A stretch of DNA of 64,000 nt, taken from Sediminibacterium ginsengisoli. GTDB lineage: Bacteria > Bacteroidota > Bacteroidia > Chitinophagales > Chitinophagaceae. The notes below the pieces were generated by a model. The model searched no databases, was not told the DNA's origin, and saw only the letters and a list, made by a program, of their open reading frames with translations. Positions 57,687 to 64,000 of this stretch are shown here, piece after piece (positions within the stretch are counted from its first letter, which is position 1; the number at the start of each line of letters is the position of its first letter). The stretch spans positions 10,137-74,136 of the forward strand of contig CAMCDT010000004.1 of assembly GCA_945873615.1 (NCBI GenBank). Direction: 5' to 3'. A program made the position numbers and the translations under genes.

Positions 57687-60409
57687 TGTTTTTAAAGCCT
57701 AGCAAAAAACTTTTTTACAGTTCTGCAGTACTCATTGTGCTTGCCATTACCGCTGTTATAATTTATCCTTCCGATCCTATCGATTATAACACAGAAGTAA
57801 AACCCATTTTAAATAAAAAGTGTATCACCTGTCATGGTGGTGTAAAACAAGAGGGCGGGTTTAGTTTGCTTTTTGAAGAAGAAGCATTTGCGCCTACCAA
57901 ATCTGGTAAGCCTGCCATTATAAAATTTAAACCAGAAGAAAGTGAACTGATCAGAAGACTGCATTTAACAGATCCTGAAGAACGCATGCCGTATAAGCAC
58001 GATCCGTTAACCAAAGAAGAAATTAAAATTTTAACAACTTGGGTTAAAGAAGGTGCTAAATGGGGATCACACTGGGCGTATCAAAAAGTAAATGAACCTA
58101 AAGTTCCTAGCATTAATGACGATTGGGTAAAAAATAATATTGATAAATACATTGTAGAAAAATTAGAAGCAGAAAAATTAAGTCCTTCCAAAGAAGCAGA
58201 CAAAGCAACACTGTTAAGACGTGTTAGTTTAGATATCACAGGCCTTCCTGCAAATAAAAAAATTGCGGCAAAATATTTAAACGACCAATCAGACAAAGCC
58301 TACGAAAATTTAGTCAATGATTTAATGGCCACTCCCGCCTATGGCGAAAAATGGGCCGCACTTTGGCTAGACCTTGCCAGATACGCAGACACCAAAGGCT
58401 TTGAAGCAGACCGCGGAAGAAACATTTACAAATACAGAGACTGGCTTATAAGTGCATTTAACACAGACAAACCTTACAACGATTTTTTAACCGAGCAAAT
58501 TGCAGGCGACCTATTACCCAACCCTTCTGATGCACAGTACATCGCTACTGCGTTTCATAGGAACACCATGAACAATGATGAAGGCGGTACCGACAATGAA
58601 GAGTTTAGAACCGCTGCTGTACTTGACCGCGTTAATACTACATGGAGCGCCGTTATGGGCACTAGTTTTAATTGCGTACAGTGTCATAGCCATCCGTATG
58701 ATCCTTTCAAGCATGACGAGTATTATAAGTTCATGGCGTTTTTTAACAATACTAGAGACGAAGATTCTCCTTTTGAAAACCCTGTACTCCGTCAATACCA
58801 AGGTGCCGACAATGTAAAATTTGAATCGGTAAAAAAATGGTTGCAACAAAATGCGGCACCAACATCTGCTAATTATTGGATTACTTTTTTACGCACGCTT
58901 CAACCAAGTATCAATGCATTTCAGTGCGATAAATTTGTTAACGGCGCCAACGGTTGGTATGCAACACTGCGCAACAACGGAACTTGTAATTTAAAAAATG
59001 TGGTACTCACTGGAAAATCGGAACTTTTGTTTAAATACGCTTCAAGGGTAGACAAAGGCGTGTGGCGCATTTATTTAGATAGTTTAACTGGACCACTTGT
59101 AAAAGAAGTGCCTGTTAAAAACACAGGCGGTGGTTTTGTACATACCACCACTAGCCTTCCAGACATTAAGGGCACGCACACTTTATATTTCAAGTACTAT
59201 TCTCCTAAAATAAAAAACAGTACCGACGATGGTATTTTATTTGAGTGGTTTTCATTTGGCAATCCATTTCCTGCCAAAGAAAAACCTGGTTACGATAGCG
59301 CTTACAAATATTTTAATGACTTAATAATGGCGGGTGCAGAAACAACACCCATTATGATGGACGCCAACGAAGACCTTTTTAGACCCACGCATGTTTTTGA
59401 AAGAGGCAGCTGGCTTTCTAAGGGAAAACTTGTTGCACCTGATGTACCAGCTGTGCTACCTGGCCTTCCAAAAAATGCACCCAAAAATAGACTCGGCCTT
59501 GCAATGTGGTTAACAGATAAAAACAATCCACTTGTTTCACGTACACTTGTTAATAGACTTTGGGAACAGTTATTTGGAACCGGCATAGTAGAAACCCTCG
59601 AAGATTTAGGCACGCAGGGATTATCGCCAACACACCAAACACTGCTAGATTATTTGGCATGGCAACACATGCACACGCACAATTGGAGTATTAAAAAAAC
59701 ACTGAAAGAAATTTTACTTTCTGCAACCTACAGGCAGCAATCGATGTTTACCAAAGAACTCCTTAAAAAAGATCCGTACAATAAATTATATGCAAGAGGC
59801 CCAAGGGTAAGACTTTCGGCAGAGCAAATTAGAGATCAAACACTTGCGGTAAGTACTTTGTTAAGTCCAAAAATGTATGGCAAAAGTGTAATGCCGTATC
59901 AGCCAGATGGTATTTGGCGTTCACCCTATAATGGCGATGTATGGAAATTATCTGAAGGTGAAGATCAGTATAGACGTTCACTCTATACATACTTTAAAAG
60001 AACAGCTCCTTACCCATCGATGCTCACATTTGATGGCGGTGCTAGAGAAGTATGTGTAATTAGACGCATTAGAACCAATACGCCACTTCAAGCGCTTACC
60101 TCATTAAACGATTCGTCTTATATTATTATGGCCCGCTCTTTTGCAAAAAGTATGGACAAAGTAAATGGCTCTATTGAGGCAAAAATAAATACGGGTTACG
60201 AAGAGATGATGTACAAACCTATTGCTCCTGCTAAATTGAATGTACTTACTAATTTATACCAGTCGAGTTTGTCAAAATATCAAAACAATAAAAAAGCAGC
60301 AACAGTATTAGTGAGCGATAGCACACTTGCATCACCCACCAATAGAGCAGCCCTTGTTGTAGTAGCCAACGCCATGCTTAATTTAGACGAATGGCTCAAT
60401 AAAAATTAA
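57686..60409 (+). CDS. Planctomycete-type cytochrome c / DUF1549 / CBM6-like insert / DUF1553 (PSD1) protein
   Basis: N-terminal hydrophobic anchor; CITCH at 57821-57835; IDKYI, LLRRVSLDITGLP, YGEKWAALWLDLARYADT, CVQCHSHPYDP at 58673; NRLGLAMWL, NRLWEQLFG, PTHQTLLDYLA, RLSAEQIRD, RTNTPLQAL. Confidence 0.88.
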   Translation: MFLKPSKKLFYSSAVLIVLAITAVIIYPSDPIDYNTEVKPILNKKCITCHGGVKQEGGFSLLFEEEAFAPTKSGKPAIIKFKPEESELIRRLHLTDPEERMPYKHDPLTKEEIKILTTWVKEGAKWGSHWAYQKVNEPKVPSINDDWVKNNIDKYIVEKLEAEKLSPSKEADKATLLRRVSLDITGLPANKKIAAKYLNDQSDKAYENLVNDLMATPAYGEKWAALWLDLARYADTKGFEADRGRNIYKYRDWLISAFNTDKPYNDFLTEQIAGDLLPNPSDAQYIATAFHRNTMNNDEGGTDNEEFRTAAVLDRVNTTWSAVMGTSFNCVQCHSHPYDPFKHDEYYKFMAFFNNTRDEDSPFENPVLRQYQGADNVKFESVKKWLQQNAAPTSANYWITFLRTLQPSINAFQCDKFVNGANGWYATLRNNGTCNLKNVVLTGKSELLFKYASRVDKGVWRIYLDSLTGPLVKEVPVKNTGGGFVHTTTSLPDIKGTHTLYFKYYSPKIKNSTDDGILFEWFSFGNPFPAKEKPGYDSAYKYFNDLIMAGAETTPIMMDANEDLFRPTHVFERGSWLSKGKLVAPDVPAVLPGLPKNAPKNRLGLAMWLTDKNNPLVSRTLVNRLWEQLFGTGIVETLEDLGTQGLSPTHQTLLDYLAWQHMHTHNWSIKKTLKEILLSATYRQQSMFTKELLKKDPYNKLYARGPRVRLSAEQIRDQTLAVSTLLSPKMYGKSVMPYQPDGIWRSPYNGDVWKLSEGEDQYRRSLYTYFKRTAPYPSMLTFDGGAREVCVIRRIRTNTPLQALTSLNDSSYIIMARSFAKSMDKVNGSIEAKINTGYEEMMYKPIAPAKLNVLTNLYQSSLSKYQNNKKAATVLVSDSTLASPTNRAALVVVANAMLNLDEWLNKN

Positions 60410-60414
60410 TTCCC

Positions 60415-61911
60415 ATGACGCAAAAAGAATTACATAACCAGCGCCTAGTAAGAGAAGCCCAAAAAGTGGTGATGCAACAGCATACACGCAGGCATTTTAT
60501 TAAAGAAAGCGCCATGGGTCTAGGCGCCCTTGCACTTGGCAATCTATTAGGTGGTTGCAGCACCGGAAGTAATAATGTATTTGATGCTACCAATCCATTA
60601 GCGCCAAAAGCGGCTCCGTTTTTAGGAAAAGCCAAGTCCGTTATTTATTTACACATGGCAGGTGCGCCTTCTCAATTAGAAATGTTTAGCTACAAGCCTG
60701 AGCTTGCAAAATTAGACGGTCAAGATTGTCCGCCTTCATTACTCAATGGTAAAAAGTTTGCATTTATTAGAGGCGTTCCTAAAATGCTAGGCCCACAAGC
60801 AAGTTTTAATAGATATGGCCAGAGTGGTACTTGGGTTTCAGAAAACCTTCCACACTTATCTACTGTTATTGATGACATGGCCGTGCTTCAGGCCGTTACT
60901 ACCGATCAGTTCAACCACGCGCCTGCGCAATTACTCATGCATACAGGAACGCCTCGTTTAGGCAGGCCTAGTATGGGTTCTTGGGTAACCTATGGACTTG
61001 GTACCGAAAATAAAAATCTTCCAGGATTTGTGGTACTTACTTCGGGCGGTAACAATCCGGATGCTGGAAAAAGTGTTTGGGGAAGTGGATTTTTACCAAG
61101 TGTGTATCAAGGTGTGCAGTGCCGCAGCGAAGGCGATCCTGTTTTATTTATTAAAGATCCTGCGGGCATGGACCGCGATATTAGAAAAGCAAGTATCGAC
61201 GCTATTAATAAAGTCAATGAAGAATCTTATACCGAGTATCAAGATCCAGAAACCTTGTCTCGTATTTCTCAATATGAACTTGCCTACAAAATGCAAATTT
61301 CTGTACCGGGTGTTATGGATATTAGCACCGAGCCGGAATATATTCATGAAATGTATGGCACCAAACCAGGCGAATCATGTTTTGCCAACAACGTTTTACT
61401 CGCGCGCAAGCTGGTAGAAAAAGGTGTTCGCTTTGTGCAATTATTTGATTGGGGTTGGGATACACATGGCGACTCTGCGGGCAACGCCGTAGACATTGGA
61501 TTAAAAAATAAATGTCGAAAAATTGATAGACCTATTACCGCGCTTTTACAAGATTTAAAACAAAGAGGTTTACTGGATGAAACACTGGTTGTGTGGGGTT
61601 CTGAATTTGGCAGAACGCCAATGCAAGAAAATAGAGATGGTAAAACCATGCCATTTAAAGGTCGTGATCATCATGGCGAAGCGTTTTCGATGTGGATGGC
61701 TGGCGGTGGCATTAAAGGTGGAACTACCTATGGAGAAACAGATGAAATTGGCTACAATATTGTAAGCGGTAAAGTAGAAACATTTGATGTGCAGGCTACT
61801 ATTTTAAATCAATTAGGTTTTGACCACGAAAAATTCACCTACGAATCACAGGGTCGTAATTTTAGACTTACAGATTTAAGTGGTAAAGTTATTCATGATA
61901 TTATAGCTTAA
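60415..61911 (+). CDS. DUF1501 family protein with a twin-arginine-like signal
   Basis: TRRHFIKES; AKSVIYLHMAGAPSQLE, NHAPAQ, PSMGSWVTYGLG, GFLPSVYQG, ARKLVEKGVRFVQL, GWDTHG, SEFGRTP, GRDHH, FRLTD. Confidence 0.92.
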   Translation: MTQKELHNQRLVREAQKVVMQQHTRRHFIKESAMGLGALALGNLLGGCSTGSNNVFDATNPLAPKAAPFLGKAKSVIYLHMAGAPSQLEMFSYKPELAKLDGQDCPPSLLNGKKFAFIRGVPKMLGPQASFNRYGQSGTWVSENLPHLSTVIDDMAVLQAVTTDQFNHAPAQLLMHTGTPRLGRPSMGSWVTYGLGTENKNLPGFVVLTSGGNNPDAGKSVWGSGFLPSVYQGVQCRSEGDPVLFIKDPAGMDRDIRKASIDAINKVNEESYTEYQDPETLSRISQYELAYKMQISVPGVMDISTEPEYIHEMYGTKPGESCFANNVLLARKLVEKGVRFVQLFDWGWDTHGDSAGNAVDIGLKNKCRKIDRPITALLQDLKQRGLLDETLVVWGSEFGRTPMQENRDGKTMPFKGRDHHGEAFSMWMAGGGIKGGTTYGETDEIGYNIVSGKVETFDVQATILNQLGFDHEKFTYESQGRNFRLTDLSGKVIHDIIA

Positions 61912-61922
61912 AAAAGATACAA

Positions 61923-63335
61923 ATGATTAGTGCTGGTATTGGAAGATTACACCCTGTTTTTGTTCACTTGCCTATTGGCATTTTACTCTTTGCTGCCTTT
62001 TTATTTTTTGCATCAAAAAAACAAAGGTTTGCAAATATGTCTTTGGCGGTAGCGCCAGCACTGGCTATTGGTTCGTTTTTTTCGATCCTATCCTGCATTA
62101 CCGGTTATTTACTTTCTATTTCAGATGCGTATAACGAGGATATTATTTTTAAACACCAGTGGCTGGGTATTGCAACGGCCGTTACAAGTGTTGTATGTTA
62201 TTTCGTTTATCAAAAAAAACAAGGACTGTTTGGCATATTCATTACGCTTTTAACTACACTTATTATGGTTACCGGACATTACGGTGGTAGCCTAACGCAT
62301 GGAGCAGATTATTTAACGGCTTCCTTTAATAAAAGTACAAGTGATGCTAAAAAAGTAATAGCCAATATAGATGAAGCAGTTGTATACACAGATATTATTG
62401 AGCCCATCCTCGCAACAAAATGTTATAGTTGCCATGGCGAAAGCAAACAAAAAGGAAAATTAAGACTTGATCTTCCCAATTATATTTTACAAGGTGGCGA
62501 AGAAGGAAAAGTATTAACCCCCTATCAGCCTGGTAGTAGTGAAATCATAAACCGCTTATTACTGCCTACATCTAACGAAGAACATATGCCACCCAAAGAA
62601 AAACCACAGCTTACAAAAGATGAGGTTGCTTTACTACACTGGTGGATAGAATCCGGCGCTAATTTTACGGCAGCTGTAAAAAACACAAAACAAACAGCCG
62701 CAATTAAAGGACTCTTGGCATCGTTTTCAAATGGTGCAGGTGGTGAAAACGATGGCGCAGATGCCTCTTCAGGAGCAAGCATCCTCCCAACTAAAAACGC
62801 AAGCTCAATATCTGCAGATCTATTAACGCAGTTAAACAAAGAAGGCATTGTAGTAGTGCCCGTTGTAAATGGATCTAATTATGTACGCGCCAATTTAATT
62901 GGTGTCGAAAATCTAAGCGTGCAAACCTTTCAACTATTATCTAAAATATCAGATCAGCTATTACAATTAAACGCATCCTTTACAGCTGTTAAAGACGAAC
63001 ATTTATTGGCCTTATCTAACTGCAAACAGCTTAAACAACTTGAATTAAACGGCACTGCAATAACCAATAAAGGACTTGCATCACTTACTGCATTAGAAAA
63101 TTTAGAAAGTTTAAGCATCACGCAAACAAAAGTTACCGCTGATGGGATTGGCAATGTAAGCGCGCTAAAAAAATTAAAAAAAGTATACCTCTATGGTACT
63201 GGTTTTACAAATGCTGCTATTGCAGGGTTAAAACAAAAAATGCCAGGGTTACTAATAGATACGGGAGGTTATAAATTACCGATTTTAGAAACAGACACTA
63301 CAGAAGCTAAAGCACCAGAGGTAAAAACCAATTAA
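61923..63335 (+). CDS. Membrane DUF2231-like domain + cytochrome c + leucine-rich repeats
   Basis: GRLHPVFVHLPIG, HQWLG, GHYGGSLTHG within transmembrane helices; IEPILATKCYSCHG (heme motif 62421-62435) with axial-ligand-like HMPP; LRR units such as LKQLELNGTAITNKGL and LESLSITQTKVTADGI. Confidence 0.85.
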   Translation: MISAGIGRLHPVFVHLPIGILLFAAFLFFASKKQRFANMSLAVAPALAIGSFFSILSCITGYLLSISDAYNEDIIFKHQWLGIATAVTSVVCYFVYQKKQGLFGIFITLLTTLIMVTGHYGGSLTHGADYLTASFNKSTSDAKKVIANIDEAVVYTDIIEPILATKCYSCHGESKQKGKLRLDLPNYILQGGEEGKVLTPYQPGSSEIINRLLLPTSNEEHMPPKEKPQLTKDEVALLHWWIESGANFTAAVKNTKQTAAIKGLLASFSNGAGGENDGADASSGASILPTKNASSISADLLTQLNKEGIVVVPVVNGSNYVRANLIGVENLSVQTFQLLSKISDQLLQLNASFTAVKDEHLLALSNCKQLKQLELNGTAITNKGLASLTALENLESLSITQTKVTADGIGNVSALKKLKKVYLYGTGFTNAAIAGLKQKMPGLLIDTGGYKLPILETDTTEAKAPEVKTN

Positions 63336-63377
63336 CTGAAAATAAATTTCGGTATTATGCTAACTATATGCCGTTTA

Positions 63378-63596
63378 TTACCCTTTAATCATGCGCACAT
63401 ATAAATCCTCTACCTTTTTACGCGCCCATGGGGTTTTGCGTAAAAACTTAAGGCTCGATTGAATGCTTGGATTATCATTAAAACAATTGATAGGGATATG
63501 CTGCCCCAAATCTTCCCATCCAAAATAAGCAACCAGTTCAGTTACTATTTTTTCGAGGGTTTTACCGTGTAAGGGGTCATTTGACACTTGTTGCAT
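63378..63596 (-). CDS. VF530 (DUF2132) family small DNA-binding protein
   Basis: MQQVSNDPLHGKTLEKIVTELVAYFGWEDLG...INCFNDNPSIQSSLKFLRKTPWARKKVEDLY. Start moved to 63596 because the longer ORF overlaps the next gene. Confidence 0.9.
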   Translation of the reverse strand: MQQVSNDPLHGKTLEKIVTELVAYFGWEDLGQHIPINCFNDNPSIQSSLKFLRKTPWARKKVEDLYVRMIKG

Positions 63597-63621
63597 ATGC
63601 AATATTAAGTAATTTGCTGCC

Positions 63622-64000
63622 ATGACAGCGCACCGATACTTTGTAGTACATAAACCAGTAAACATGGTTTCTCAATTTATCAGCTCTCATGATGTTAATT
63701 TACTAGGCAGTTTAAATTTTGATTTTCCGGAGGGCACCCATGCCATTGGCAGGTTGGACAATCATTCTGAAGGCCTGTTATTAATAACCACCAATAAAAA
63801 AGTAACCAAGCTTTTATTTCAAGGCCATAAGCCGCATACTAGAACCTACCTGGTTCAAGTAAAAAATAAAATAACCCCTGCCACGGTAAATGCACTAGCT
63901 AATGGCATCCAAATTAGTGCACCAGGTGGAAGCGCTTATCTAACAAGCCCATGCACCGTTAACATTGTCGAGAATCCGGCAGTGTATAGTCATTTATTTG
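63622..64000 (+). CDS. Pseudouridine synthase, RsuA/RluE family (partial, runs off the right edge; missing from the ORF track)
   Basis: Manual translation: MTAHRYFVVHKPVNMVSQFISSHDVNLLGSLNFDFPEGTHAIGRLDNHSEGLLLITTNKKVTKLLFQGHKPHTRTYLVQV..., with the catalytic GRLD motif. Confidence 0.9.
   Translation, partial: MTAHRYFVVHKPVNMVSQFISSHDVNLLGSLNFDFPEGTHAIGRLDNHSEGLLLITTNKKVTKLLFQGHKPHTRTYLVQVKNKITPATVNALANGIQISAPGGSAYLTSPCTVNIVENPAVYSHLF

Noticed and set aside
60415-61911. DUF1501 gene as a classical sulfatase
   Set aside because: No C/SxPxR formylglycine motif is present.
785-63154. Numerous 60-150 aa ORFs antisense or out of frame to large genes (e.g. 16450-16818, 38345-38794, 42568-42978, 59302-59613, 60992-61417)
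   Set aside because: All lie fully inside well-supported CDSs and show no domain signatures; they are expected shadow ORFs in a gene-dense region.
63349-63373. Weak hairpin CGGTAT...ATGCCG between the LRR gene and VF530
   Set aside because: It has a short stem with a wobble, a long loop and no U-tract, so it is too weak to call a terminator.
14627-63665. Longest-ORF starts at 15724, 23716, 29389, 44535, 54929 and 63665
   Set aside because: The extensions overlap neighbouring genes, promoters or the operator and add no homologous sequence. Downstream ATGs (15637, 23689, 29338, 44670, 54887, 63596) match family N-termini.
1-64000. CRISPR arrays, IS elements, integrases, prophage, tRNA or rRNA genes
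   Set aside because: No regularly spaced repeats, transposase or phage ORFs, or RNA-gene-sized unexplained gaps were seen. The largest intergenic spaces are under about 185 bp and are accounted for by promoters or terminators.

Overview
A very compact, AT-rich bacterial chromosome segment. Gene content (SusC/SusD, fused E1 alpha/beta, MaeB, long SecA) and TAnnTTTG-type promoters point to Bacteroidota, probably Chitinophagaceae-like (inference, no search run). About 1-28.5 kb is housekeeping: mlaE (partial), maeB, M20 amidohydrolase, SPOR protein, deoC, secA, a lone atpG with scpB, lysA, mlaF, mdh, GT9, transporters, YebC-family regulator, 2-oxoacid dehydrogenase E1, an aminotransferase, and an outer-membrane protein plus vWA-OmpA lipoprotein pair. 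About 28.5-57.6 kb is a pectin/hexuronate utilisation locus: uxuA, exuT-like MFS, eda, kdgK, uxaC, uxaA, uxaB, three bimodular pectinases (CE8-PL10, GH105-DUF4350, CE12-GH28), a LacI regulator, SusC/SusD, a Tat Gfo/Idh/MocA oxidoreductase with a tandem DUF1080 protein, an esterase, and kduI-kduD. Directly after kduD, on the same strand, is the strongest candidate for an undescribed system: a three-gene heme-c module (cytochrome c/DUF1549/DUF1553 protein with a CBM6-like insert, a Tat DUF1501 protein, and a membrane DUF2231-cytochrome c-LRR protein). A bipartite regulatory motif is duplicated with identical spacing upstream of the pectinase operon and of susC. I saw no rRNA, tRNA, CRISPR array or mobile element. 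All family names come from motif recognition by eye.
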